Shown here: in pieces, positions 9,247 through 18,578 of the stretch | Numbering within the stretch: the first letter of the stretch is position 1 | Layout of the letters: each line of letters opens with the position of its first letter | Program-made: the position numbers and the translations under genes | The notes under the pieces: generated by a model | The model's database searches: none | What the model saw: only the letters and a program-made list of their open reading frames with translations | What the model was told of the DNA's origin: nothing | Origin: a bacterium | Lineage (GTDB): Bacteria > Calditrichota > Calditrichia > RBG-13-44-9 > J042 | Direction of reading: 5' to 3' | Assembly: GCA_015485355.1 (NCBI GenBank) | Contig: WFTQ01000051.1 | Span: forward strand, 1 to 44,856 | Length of the DNA: 44,856 nucleotides

Positions 9247-10917
9247 TTACCGGGCCATCATCTGGTCCCGTTTGGCACGGAATTCCGTGCCTTCCCGCCA
9301 GTTGGGAAAATGATTCGAATTGGCCAGACGATAGCCTACCCGGAATAATAATTGAACATCCTGAACCATGCCGGATAAGTCCCACCAGGAAGGATCGTAC
9401 TCATCGCTGGGTTTATGGTAAAAATTCTTGATCCACCAGTCCAGCTTCTCTAAGGTCCATGCTTCCCCATGATCCACATGGTCGATTCCGTGATCGGCGT
9501 ACAAGGCGGGTACGCCTTGCTTGGCGAAGTTGAAATGATCCGACCGGAAGTAGTATCCTTTTTCAGGCTCGGGATCGGGACGGACATAGCGCCCTTGCTT
9601 TTGGGCCTCCTGTTTGACGTAGTCATCCAGTTCCGAAAAACCGTACCCGATAATGGTGACATCGTTCATCCTGCCGAATACGTTCATTCCATCCATGTTA
9701 ATGGCAGCGACGGTTTTGTTGAGGGGATACACCGGATGGGTGGCGTAGTATTCCGATCCCAGCAGTCCCTGTTCTTCGGCGGTGACGGCCAGGAAGAGGA
9801 TGGAACGTCTGGGGGGTTGGGGCAGGGACTGAAAGGCCTGGGCGATTTCCAGCAGCGCCGCCGTTCCAGTGGCATTATCCCGGGCTCCATTGAGGATGGA
9901 ATCGCCCTTCAGGGTGGGATTGATGCCCAGATGGTCCCAGTGGGCCATATAAATCACGTATTCATCTTTGCGATCGCTGCCCGGCAGCAGGGCCAGAAAG
10001 TTATTGGATTTGGAATAACGCAGGGTGTTTTTGATGCGCAAGGAAACTTGTAAAGGCAACGGTACGGGTCGGAATCCTTTTTGGGCGGCGGCTTTCATGA
10101 GCCGGTCGAGGTCTTTCCCGGCCATTTGAAATATTTTTCGGGCGACGTCCAGGGTCACCCAGCTTTCGAAGGCGCATCGATCCCGGTTGCCGTGGTCCGT
10201 TTGCAGGTAAAATTGAGCTCCCGACCAGCTGTTCCGTACCACTTCCCAGGGATACCCCGCCGGGCCCGTTTGATGAATGATGATGGCGCCCGCGGCCCCC
10301 TGACGCGCCGCCTCCTCATATTTATAGGTCCAGCGACCGTAATAAGTCATGGCCTTGCCGGTGAAAAGGGTGGAATCCAGGGTGGCGTAACCGGGGTCAT
10401 TCACCAGCATGACGACCGTTTTCCCTTGCACATCAATGCCGGCGTAATCGTTCCAGCCATATTCCGGAGCCACGATCCCATAGCCGACAAACACCAGTTC
10501 CGAACGGCTGACTGCCACGTTTTCCTGCACCCGGCGGGTACCGGCCACAAATTCATCCAGGTATCGAAAGCGAGCCGTTTTTCCCTTTCCCTGAACAACG
10601 AGTTCCATGTCCGGGTCCGCGGTGATCTCCACCAGAGGCACTTCCTGTAAAAACCGATCTCCATTGCCCGGTCGAAGGCCCAACTTCTGGAAAGCCTCGG
10701 TCAGATAAGCCAGGGTTTTCGTTTCGCCTTCCGAGGCAGGAGCGCGGCCACCAAACTCGTCGGAAGCCAGTACCGACACGTGACGGGCAATGTCGGCTTC
10801 GTCAATTAAGGACTCCGCTTTTTTCAATTGCCCTTCCTCGCTGGTACAGGCAATCCACAGCATGGTGAATAGAATTCCGGTTAACGGGATACCAATTCTC
10901 ATATAGACCTCCTCCAT
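9247..10917 (-). CDS. M28-family peptidase with PA domain (lipoprotein)
   Basis: 556 aa. Motifs include HWDHLG and NGARDNATGTAALLEIA. The lipobox-like N-terminus MRIGIPLTGILFTMLWIAC suggests the true start is near 10902. Confidence 0.85.
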   Translation of the reverse strand: MEEVYMRIGIPLTGILFTMLWIACTSEEGQLKKAESLIDEADIARHVSVLASDEFGGRAPASEGETKTLAYLTEAFQKLGLRPGNGDRFLQEVPLVEITADPDMELVVQGKGKTARFRYLDEFVAGTRRVQENVAVSRSELVFVGYGIVAPEYGWNDYAGIDVQGKTVVMLVNDPGYATLDSTLFTGKAMTYYGRWTYKYEEAARQGAAGAIIIHQTGPAGYPWEVVRNSWSGAQFYLQTDHGNRDRCAFESWVTLDVARKIFQMAGKDLDRLMKAAAQKGFRPVPLPLQVSLRIKNTLRYSKSNNFLALLPGSDRKDEYVIYMAHWDHLGINPTLKGDSILNGARDNATGTAALLEIAQAFQSLPQPPRRSILFLAVTAEEQGLLGSEYYATHPVYPLNKTVAAINMDGMNVFGRMNDVTIIGYGFSELDDYVKQEAQKQGRYVRPDPEPEKGYYFRSDHFNFAKQGVPALYADHGIDHVDHGEAWTLEKLDWWIKNFYHKPSDEYDPSWWDLSGMVQDVQLLFRVGYRLANSNHFPNWREGTEFRAKRDQMMAR

Positions 10918-11029
10918 ATCATGGAATGGTTTCTTTATCCTTCGGCAATTGGGTATAAAACGCTGAAATAATACGGAATTTTTGAACCATTTGCCAGATA
11001 CTTTTTAGAAAAGCTCCGCAAGAGCCTTT

Positions 11030-11503
11030 TTAACGAGGGTGGGAGAGCCCTCGTAAGGAGAGGATGATCCGCCATTCATTTTCGGTAACGGGTTGAACCG
11101 AAAGGCGGTTACCTTTCTGCAGGAGCACCATTCGGGACAATGCCGGAACCGCCTTTAATTCCTCGCGCGTGATGGGTGGAAGGAGGTCCCGTACGTATTG
11201 AACATCCACGGCCACCCAGCGGGGATTTTCCGGGGAACCGGCGGGGTCGTAATAGGGGCTACGGGGATCCCATTGCGTGGGGTCCGGGTATGCCTCGGCC
11301 ACGATACGAACGATGCCCATTATGGCCTGGGGTTTGACCACGCTGTGGTAGAAAAATGCCAGATCGTTTATCTTCATGGCCCGCAGAAAATTGCGTGCCT
11401 GGTAATTGCGCACCCCGTCCCACATATCGATGCCCTCGGGTTGAGCTTTTAGATCCCTCCAGGAATAAGTCCCCGGTTCGGATTTGAGCAACCAATAGTT
11501 CAT
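11030..11503 (-). CDS. EVE (PUA-like) domain protein
   Basis: 157 aa. MNYWLLKSEPGTYSW...VRNYQARNF...FYHS is the EVE/DUF55 signature. Confidence 0.8.
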   Translation of the reverse strand: MNYWLLKSEPGTYSWRDLKAQPEGIDMWDGVRNYQARNFLRAMKINDLAFFYHSVVKPQAIMGIVRIVAEAYPDPTQWDPRSPYYDPAGSPENPRWVAVDVQYVRDLLPPITREELKAVPALSRMVLLQKGNRLSVQPVTENEWRIILSLRGLSHPR

Positions 11504-11625
11504 TTCGTTCCTCCAATTTTAAAGTGGTGCCTTTTTGAATCATCATCACCAGAACATTTAAATTAACTGGATTTTTTTCTCATAATATAATAATTTCATC
11601 TGTAATTATGTAAGGGAAGGCGGCA

Positions 11626-12336
11626 ATGCCTCAGCGAAGATATGCACCGGAATGCGAGACCTGTGGAACACGCCTGAAATCCATATTCAAATATCTGGCT
11701 TTCGAAGACCTCCAGCGGTTGTCCCGCTTGCGTGGATGCCGGTTTTATCGTAAAGGGGAGACCATTTTTTTCGAGGGAGACTTTCCACTGGGCATATTCT
11801 GCATGCACAAAGGCAAGGCCAAAATCTACAAACTGGGAAACAACGGTAAGGAACAAATCGTGCGTCTGGTGGGAGACGGCGATTTTTTTGGATTCCGATC
11901 TCTGATCAGTGGTTCCCAGTACAAAGCCTCGGCCGAAGCACTGGAGGACAGTGCCGTGTGTTTTATTCCTAAGGAAGATTTTTTTAATGTATTGCAGCGG
12001 AATATGGAATTTTCCTTACAATTGATGAAGGTATTGTGCCAGGAACTGGAGACGGCGGAGCGCTACATGCTGGACCTGGCTCAGAAATCGGTTCGGGAAC
12101 GCCTGGCCACGGTGCTTTTATTGCTGAAAAAAAAGTATGGCACCAATTCCGATAAACAGACCCTGAATATTCATCTTACCCGCGAAGACCTGGCCAACAT
12201 AGTGGGCACCGCTACGGAAACCGTCATCCGCTTGCTCAGCGAATTCAAGGAGCAAAACATCATTGCCCTGGAAGGCAAAAAAATCAAGCTGCTGGATGTG
12301 GACGAGCTGGTTCGCATCGGCAATGTGTATGAATAA
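11626..12336 (+). CDS. Crp/Fnr-family transcriptional regulator
   Basis: 236 aa with a cNMP-binding-like beta-roll plus a C-terminal HTH (TREDLANIVGTATETVIRLL). An N-terminal CxxC is present. Confidence 0.85.
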   Translation: MPQRRYAPECETCGTRLKSIFKYLAFEDLQRLSRLRGCRFYRKGETIFFEGDFPLGIFCMHKGKAKIYKLGNNGKEQIVRLVGDGDFFGFRSLISGSQYKASAEALEDSAVCFIPKEDFFNVLQRNMEFSLQLMKVLCQELETAERYMLDLAQKSVRERLATVLLLLKKKYGTNSDKQTLNIHLTREDLANIVGTATETVIRLLSEFKEQNIIALEGKKIKLLDVDELVRIGNVYE

Positions 12337-12458
12337 GCCCCTCCCGGGTAAATAGTATCCCTTCCCCCGGATTACAGCCGTTAGCGGCAGGCCGGAATCG
12401 AGTTTCCGGGTGTCATATCGTTGAACCTCCAAAATATGTCAAATGTCATCATTTTTGC

Positions 12459-12470
12459 TGATTAATATCA
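12459..12470. promoter_or_regulatory. Candidate Crp/Fnr-type operator TGAT-TAAT-ATCA (TTGAT-N4-ATCAA-like) upstream of the second crp/fnr paralog
   Basis: The half-sites TGAT/ATCA with a 4-nt spacer are seen directly. It lies about 65 nt upstream of the 12536 start. A direct repeat TGTCA-AA-TGTCA sits just upstream. Confidence 0.3.
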
Positions 12471-12535
12471 TTGCATTTAAGAGTTCCTTGTTTGGAAATT
12501 TGGGTTGGTATTCGTAAACGAAGCCCAGATGCCGG

Positions 12536-13234
12536 ATGGACAGTCAACTTCAGAGTAATCCCCCAGCCCCTTCGTTGCGTACCGTGCCGTTGTTTGCCAC
12601 CTGCCAGGCCGAGGATGTTGTTCGGCTGGAGCAGCGGGCCCGGTATCGGAAATTTAAAGCCGGCAGTATCATCGTTCAGGAAGGGCAGAGCGCAGAGGAG
12701 ATTTTTTGCATTTGCCGGGGCAAGGTTAAGTTGATGAAGGGAAATTTCCGTCGGCGGGAACGCATCGTGGCCTTTGCCGGCGGGGGCGAGATAATCGGTT
12801 TGCGGTGTTTATTGGGATTCCAGAAATTCGATAAAACCGCCGTAGCCCTGGAACAAACCGAAGGGTATTTTGTAAGCCGGTCCGAGCTGCTTCGCCTTTT
12901 CCGAAAGCATCCTGATATGATTATCAAAATAATGAAGCAGATTATCAATCATCTGGAAGAAATCGATGACCGTATTGTGGAAGTGGCTTCCAAAAAAATG
13001 GCCCAACGTCTGGCCGAAACGATTCTGTATTTAAAAACCACTTTCGGTGAAGATGATCAAGGAAATTTGAACATCCGGGTGGGCCGCAAGGACCTGGCCA
13101 ATTTTATTCATTCCAATCGGTATACCGTGTATCGCTTACTGGCGGAATTCCGCAACAAGGGCATCATCGAGTTCGACCGCAAATGCCTGAAGATTCTTGA
13201 TGAGGACAAACTCCGCGAAATTGCCCGGAAATGA
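12536..13234 (+). CDS. Crp/Fnr-family transcriptional regulator (second, tandem paralog)
   Basis: 232 aa with an effector-domain beta-roll plus HTH (RKDLANFIHSNRYTVYRLL). Confidence 0.85.
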   Translation: MDSQLQSNPPAPSLRTVPLFATCQAEDVVRLEQRARYRKFKAGSIIVQEGQSAEEIFCICRGKVKLMKGNFRRRERIVAFAGGGEIIGLRCLLGFQKFDKTAVALEQTEGYFVSRSELLRLFRKHPDMIIKIMKQIINHLEEIDDRIVEVASKKMAQRLAETILYLKTTFGEDDQGNLNIRVGRKDLANFIHSNRYTVYRLLAEFRNKGIIEFDRKCLKILDEDKLREIARK

Positions 13235-13442
13235 TACCCCCACCGCCAGGCCCTCGGAAACGGATGAAACGGTGGAGGAAGCCCACGTTTGAGAGATTTC
13301 AGAGTCCAATATCGGTGGTATATAATAACGAAAAGCAAGGAGCCGGGGAATCGTACCACGGCCGATAAGCGCCAAAACGGTTCCGGCCCTGTAAAAGCGC
13401 GTGCGGGTGAGCCGTGGTATGCCAAATCCCCGGGTAACGATT

Positions 13443-14627
13443 ATGAATGGAATTGGTTGGAAAGGAATTCCTGTTGTGCTTTTGCTGGTGTGTTTGGGGC
13501 AGGCGCAGGTGCACCTTCAGGGCAGTTATCGGTCTGCCGTTTATTTCTGGCAACCGGGGGGGAGCGGGCGTTATAGCGATGTTTACCAGGGATTCCGTTT
13601 CCGCCTGCGCAGCGAGGCGATGCCCCGGTGGAGCGCCCAGGGTTTTTTTCGGGTGGCGCTGCTGGGAACGGATAAGCGACTGCAGGATCGGTTTTATCAT
13701 TTGTATGTTCAATGGCGGCACAGGACCGGGAAATGGCAATTGCGTGTAGGGCGGCAGTTTCTTTTTGCCGGAGTGTGGAACGGCACCTACGATGGCGCCG
13801 TGCTGTCGGCGCGGGCGTCTCGGTCGGTGCAGCTACGCCTGCTGGTTGGGGTGCGGGCTCCCTACGAGCGGGGAATGCGTTGGAATGCTCCGGAACAGGG
13901 AGTCTCCATCGGAGCCTTTGCGACCTGGGATGCTTCCTCCAAGGTGCGTTTCACGTTCAGCGGGGTGCATCAACAAAAAAAGGGCATGGTGCTCTGGCAG
14001 TTGCTGGGTCTGGGCATCAGTGGCCGGCTGCGGACGGGACTGCACGTCACGACCAATCTGGAATACAATGTTCCCACCCACTCCGTACAACTCTTCCGCC
14101 AGTTAGTGACGTATGATCGCGGTGCCTGGCAACTGGGGTTGGAATTCAACCACCAAACCCCTAGGATCCTGGAAAATTCTTACTTTCGGATATTCAAAAT
14201 CAGGGGATATCGGCAAATTCGAAGCAGCGTGGGCTATCGGTTACCGCAAGCCCTGATTTCCCTCCAGTACCTTTACACCTGGTACAGGCGGGATCGAAAC
14301 CATCAGGTGATTGTGGGTGTTAATCGGCGTTGGGGCAATGTGGGATTGGTGTTTCAGGATGGATTTGGCGGCAACAATGTGGGCATTTATGGAGATGTGC
14401 AATATACTCTGGGGGGAAAAGTAACCCTGCGGGCTCACAGCAGTTATTACAATTATCAGCGCTATGCGATGGAAATGGGGGAAGAGGCCGCCGCCTACGC
14501 TGTGGGGATGACCTACCGGCCCGTTTCCGGGCTGCGGCTGGAGGGCGATCTTCAGCAGAGTATCAATTCTTTTTATATAAACGACTTACGAATCCTGCTT
14601 CGGTTGATGTATCGCTTTCGCTGGTAA
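13443..14627 (+). CDS. Outer-membrane beta-barrel protein, porin component of a porin-cytochrome-like conduit (OmbB/MtrB-like role)
   Basis: About 395 aa. Has a signal peptide (MNGIGWKGIPVVLLLVCLGQAQV), alternating amphipathic beta-strand patterning rich in Y/W/R, and a C-terminal aromatic residue (…YRFRW). It sits immediately 5' of two multiheme cytochromes. The track ORF starts at GTG 13401. Confidence 0.6.
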   Translation: MNGIGWKGIPVVLLLVCLGQAQVHLQGSYRSAVYFWQPGGSGRYSDVYQGFRFRLRSEAMPRWSAQGFFRVALLGTDKRLQDRFYHLYVQWRHRTGKWQLRVGRQFLFAGVWNGTYDGAVLSARASRSVQLRLLVGVRAPYERGMRWNAPEQGVSIGAFATWDASSKVRFTFSGVHQQKKGMVLWQLLGLGISGRLRTGLHVTTNLEYNVPTHSVQLFRQLVTYDRGAWQLGLEFNHQTPRILENSYFRIFKIRGYRQIRSSVGYRLPQALISLQYLYTWYRRDRNHQVIVGVNRRWGNVGLVFQDGFGGNNVGIYGDVQYTLGGKVTLRAHSSYYNYQRYAMEMGEEAAAYAVGMTYRPVSGLRLEGDLQQSINSFYINDLRILLRLMYRFRW

Positions 14628-14657
14628 CGGAGCAACCCATTTGGAGAGATTCGCATC

Positions 14658-15572
14658 GTGAACGACCACCTGTTTCGGCTTCTGATGATTGCCTTGCTTG
14701 GAGGGGGAACCGCTGTCTGGGGTCAAGTCGATCCCGGCGCGGGCGGCCTCATTTTCTCTCATAAAACCCATGTGGTGACCAACGGGATGGCATGTGAGGA
14801 TTGCCACGCCCTGGCACTGAACAGTCTGTCCGGTCGGGATGATCTTTTTCCGGACATGGACGCCTGTGGTGAATGCCACGACGTGGAGGCCGAAGAAGAG
14901 TGCGAAATTTGTCATCGTCAACCGGACGATGTGGTGTTGATTGCCCGGGTGGATGATTACAGTCGCCTTTTTTCTCATCGAGGGCATCTGGCAGCGGGAC
15001 TGGAGTGCCCGGCCTGTCACCCAACGGTAAGCAGAAAGGATCGGGTGACGGCGTACGATTTGCCGGATATGGGCGGATGTATGGGTTGCCATCAGCGGCG
15101 CAACGTGGAGACGGATTGCCGAAGCTGTCACTCACCCGAAGAATCTTTAAGACCGTTGAGCCACGGGCCGGATTTTGAGCATCGCCATGCCGACCTGGCC
15201 CGGCTGCAGAACCGCTCCCTGACCGCAGGAAAAGATTGTGGGCTGTGCCACCGGGTCAGCGAATGCCAGCGTTGCCACGAAGGCGACAATCTGGATCGGT
15301 TAACCCATCCGTTGAACTACGCCTTTACCCACGCCTTAGAGGCTCAGGGCCGTCAGAAGGATTGTACCGGATGTCACGCCGACCGCCTGTTTTGTGTGGA
15401 GTGCCATCGCGATCAAAACGTCCTGCCGCACAATCATACAGCGGGATGGACCAATCGGATTCCCAATGATGGGGGACGGCACCGTTGGGAGGCCCAAAGG
15501 GACCTGGATGCCTGCATGGCCTGTCATGAATCCAATGCCGAGGAAATTTGCCGGCCCTGCCACAAAAGATAA
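14658..15572 (+). CDS. Dodecaheme c-type cytochrome (12 CxxCH in 304 aa), secreted
   Basis: Has a signal peptide. The 12 canonical CxxCH motifs were counted directly (CEDCH, CGECH, CEICH, CPACH, CMGCH, CRSCH, CGLCH, CQRCH, CTGCH, CVECH, CMACH, CRPCH). Confidence 0.88.
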   Translation: MNDHLFRLLMIALLGGGTAVWGQVDPGAGGLIFSHKTHVVTNGMACEDCHALALNSLSGRDDLFPDMDACGECHDVEAEEECEICHRQPDDVVLIARVDDYSRLFSHRGHLAAGLECPACHPTVSRKDRVTAYDLPDMGGCMGCHQRRNVETDCRSCHSPEESLRPLSHGPDFEHRHADLARLQNRSLTAGKDCGLCHRVSECQRCHEGDNLDRLTHPLNYAFTHALEAQGRQKDCTGCHADRLFCVECHRDQNVLPHNHTAGWTNRIPNDGGRHRWEAQRDLDACMACHESNAEEICRPCHKR

Positions 15573-15587
15573 GGAGCATCGCCGATC

Positions 15588-16616
15588 ATGCGTGGATCCC
15601 TGCTCTTTCCGGGAATTTTCATTATCGCCTTGTTGGGGTGGTCCTGCAGTGACCGACGGGAACCCTTGGCGGTGCAAACCCACCCTGCGGGATGGATGGA
15701 TCCCGCTTCTCCAAATTTTCATGGGAAGGTATTAGTGTTCGATAGCAGTCTGACCTTGAGGAGTTGTCGGAGTTGCCATGGGCGGGATTATCGAGGGGGT
15801 GACAGCAAGGTTTCCTGTTACCAGAGTGGGTGTCATCGGGGTTATCCCCATCCCGAAGGATTCGCCGTCACCACCCGTTCCCGGTTTCATGCGTTCTACA
15901 TTGCGGAAGAACTGTTGTGGAACATTCGTGCCTGTCAACGCTGCCATGGGATGGATTACGCGGGGAATGGGGTGGCCCGGAAGAACTGCCGACAGTGCCA
16001 CACCGCAGCCGAAGGTCCGGAAGCCTGCAATACCTGTCATGGGAAGTTTGAGGCGGCCGTACCGCCCCTATGGAATGCGGCTCCTCCCGAGGATTTGGGC
16101 GGTCACGTACTATCCACGGCTCTCGGCGTGGGTGCCCATCAGCATCATCTTACCGATACCACGCTGACAACCTATGTTCGTCGGGATTGCCGTCCCTGCC
16201 ACATACAGCCTCGGACGTTGGTTTCTGTCGGACATATCGATAATGTCCCTCTTCCTGCCGAAGTGGTTTTTAATGCCTTTGCTTCCGATTCCGGACGGAT
16301 TCAACCTCTGTGGAATCGGGAAGAAGCGACCTGCTCCAACATCTACTGCCATGGAGCGTTTGTTTTTTATCGGGACAGCAGCCGGTACAGCGCCTTTTAC
16401 GTCGATTCGATCATCCAGGGCAATAATCCGTCGCTCCGATGGAACCGGCTGGAAGAAGGGCCGCGGGATTGCGGCACCTGCCACGATATGCCTCCTCGGG
16501 GACATCTACCCGTGAGTGCGACCGGTTGTGTGAACTGCCATCCGCGCGTCGTGGATGCGGACCTCAATATCGTGGGCAGGGACCTTCACATCAACGGGAA
16601 GGCGGATGCCTTTTGA
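15588..16616 (+). CDS. Multiheme c-type cytochrome lipoprotein (7 CxxCH plus 2 CX4CH-like motifs)
   Basis: 342 aa. The N-terminus ...ALLGWSCS is lipobox-like. Canonical motifs are CRSCH, CQRCH, CRQCH, CNTCH, CRPCH, CGTCH and CVNCH, plus CYQSGCH and CSNIYCH. Confidence 0.85.
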   Translation: MRGSLLFPGIFIIALLGWSCSDRREPLAVQTHPAGWMDPASPNFHGKVLVFDSSLTLRSCRSCHGRDYRGGDSKVSCYQSGCHRGYPHPEGFAVTTRSRFHAFYIAEELLWNIRACQRCHGMDYAGNGVARKNCRQCHTAAEGPEACNTCHGKFEAAVPPLWNAAPPEDLGGHVLSTALGVGAHQHHLTDTTLTTYVRRDCRPCHIQPRTLVSVGHIDNVPLPAEVVFNAFASDSGRIQPLWNREEATCSNIYCHGAFVFYRDSSRYSAFYVDSIIQGNNPSLRWNRLEEGPRDCGTCHDMPPRGHLPVSATGCVNCHPRVVDADLNIVGRDLHINGKADAF

Positions 16617-16894
16617 TCGGCCGATCACCCTAAAGTTTCCCGGTCTTTCGGCGGGGGGACCGGTTCCGGAAATGACAAAAATCATGTTAAATCCTGATGA
16701 TCATCATTGTGAATAGCCTCGAAAGTTATATTTTTCTCAAAGTTTAAAATTTGATGAATGTAAATGGAGGCCGGGAATGGTGAATGCCCGAAAGGGCAGG
16801 AGTGCGGGGCGGTTTTGTGAAAAACATCATTTGTTGGCGGCCAAAGAAATCCAAACCGGGATGAAGGTGGGGCAAGGTTCCCCGTAACCGCATC

Positions 16895-16960
16895 GATAAA
16901 CCCCTGAAAGCCGATGGGGTTAACCCGCAAGGGCCGAGGGGTTTGGTTTTTCGCATTTTC
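16895..16960 (+). terminator. Candidate terminator/hairpin cluster after the cytochrome operon (AACCCC...GGGGTT and CCC-GCAA-GGG stems followed by a T-rich run)
   Basis: Seen in the sequence. Coordinates are approximate. Confidence 0.3.
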
Positions 16961-17033
16961 TTTGTATTATTCGGGTGAATGCAAGTTTGAGAGCGAATAA
17001 ATATCGGGTTGAATTAAAACGACCAATAGAACC

Positions 17034-17474
17034 ATGGAACTGAATCGTCGCAAGTTCACGAATATGCTGATTGGTGGCGGGTTACTGGGATGGTTGGCCA
17101 GTGTGCTGTATCCTTTATTCACCTATCTGATTCCCCCGAGGGTGGAAGAACAATCGTTGAATTCGGTCAAGGCCGGTAAAGTGGATGACTTCCCGCCCAA
17201 CAGTGGAAAAATCATCAAATTCGGACGAAAACCCGTATTGTTGATCCGAACCGAAACCGGAGATTTTCGGGCCTTTTCCGCCACCTGCACTCACCTGGAC
17301 TGTATTGTTCAGTATCGGGAAGACACCAAGCATATTTGGTGTGCCTGTCACAACGGGATGTTTGACCTGACGGGTAAAAATATCGCCGGACCGCCCCCGC
17401 GGCCGTTGATGCCCTACGGGGTACGCGTCCAAAAAAATGAAATTATCATAGAGAAACCAACCAATCTGGGTTAG
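17034..17474 (+). CDS. Rieske [2Fe-2S] subunit of a cytochrome b6f/bc-type complex
   Basis: 146 aa. Tat-like RRKF signal/anchor, with Rieske boxes CTHLDC and CACHNG. Confidence 0.9.
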   Translation: MELNRRKFTNMLIGGGLLGWLASVLYPLFTYLIPPRVEEQSLNSVKAGKVDDFPPNSGKIIKFGRKPVLLIRTETGDFRAFSATCTHLDCIVQYREDTKHIWCACHNGMFDLTGKNIAGPPPRPLMPYGVRVQKNEIIIEKPTNLG

Positions 17475-17476
17475 CG

Positions 17477-18559
17477 ATGAAGAGCAATATGGTTAAAAAA
17501 GTGTACAACTGGCTGGATGAACGTTACGATTTAACCCCCTTGATTGAGTTTGCCAGGCACAAGAAGGTGCCCGTGCATGAGCATACCATCTGGTATTATA
17601 TGGGTGGAGTTACCCTGTTTTTATTCTTGATTCAGATTTTTACCGGGATTCTGTTGTCGATGTATTATCAGCCCGGTCCCGATAGTTCTTATGAGAGTTT
17701 ACGATTTCTGCTGACCAAAGTGCGGTTTGGCTGGCTGATTCGTTCCATCCATAGCTGGTCTGCCAATTTAATGATATTTTTCGCCTTTGTGCACATGTTC
17801 AGTACATTTTTTACCCGGGCTTACAAAAAGCCGCGGGAGTTGACCTGGGTTACGGGGTTCATTCTGCTGAGTTTGTCCATGGCCTTCGGGTTCAGCGGAT
17901 ATTTATTACCCTGGAACGAATTGGCCTTTTTCGCCACCAAGGTGGGTACCGAAATCGTTGGAGCGGTGCCGGTTGTGGGGCCCATTATCATGAAGGTGTT
18001 GCGGGGCGGTTCCGATGTCACCGGCGCAACCATCTACCGGTTTTACGCCATTCACATCACTCTGTTGCCGGCCTTGTTCATGCTGGTGCTGGCTCTCCAT
18101 CTGGTGTTTGTGCAGAAGCATGGCATGAGCGAACCCGAACACCTGGCGAATTTGCCGGAATCCCGGAAAAAATATATCCCCTTCTTTCCCAATTTTCTGT
18201 TACGAGACCTCATCCTCTGGTTGATTGTATTCGATATTCTGGTATTTCTGGCGGTGTATTATCCCTGGGAGCTGGGTTTAAAAGCCGATCCGTTTGCACC
18301 GGCCCCCGCCGGTATTCGGCCCGAATGGTATTTTATGTTCATGTTCCAAACCTTGAAGCTGCTACCCGGCCATATTCTGTTCATCGAAGGCGAAGTGTTG
18401 GGCATCCTGATATTCATGGTTGGAGGATTGCTCTGGATGCTGGTGCCCTTCTGGGCTCTAAAAGGACGACCGGATCAACGCATTCAGCCCATGGAATTCA
18501 TTGGTGTGGTGGTTCTGATCTACATTGGTGTAATGACGATTTTGGGTTATGCATTGTAA
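17477..18559 (+). CDS. Cytochrome b, b6-type with fused subunit-IV-like C-terminus
   Basis: 360 aa with the PRELTW motif. Heme-ligand spacings are H-x13-H (helix B) and H-x14-H (helix D), which is b6-type. The start abuts the Rieske stop. Confidence 0.92.
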   Translation: MKSNMVKKVYNWLDERYDLTPLIEFARHKKVPVHEHTIWYYMGGVTLFLFLIQIFTGILLSMYYQPGPDSSYESLRFLLTKVRFGWLIRSIHSWSANLMIFFAFVHMFSTFFTRAYKKPRELTWVTGFILLSLSMAFGFSGYLLPWNELAFFATKVGTEIVGAVPVVGPIIMKVLRGGSDVTGATIYRFYAIHITLLPALFMLVLALHLVFVQKHGMSEPEHLANLPESRKKYIPFFPNFLLRDLILWLIVFDILVFLAVYYPWELGLKADPFAPAPAGIRPEWYFMFMFQTLKLLPGHILFIEGEVLGILIFMVGGLLWMLVPFWALKGRPDQRIQPMEFIGVVVLIYIGVMTILGYAL

Positions 18560-18578
18560 AAATTTGCAGAGGACCATT

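Noticed and set aside
11013-11031. Short GCTC-cgcaa-GAGC stem plus T-run after the EVE gene
   Set aside because: A 4-bp stem is too weak to call a terminator with confidence.
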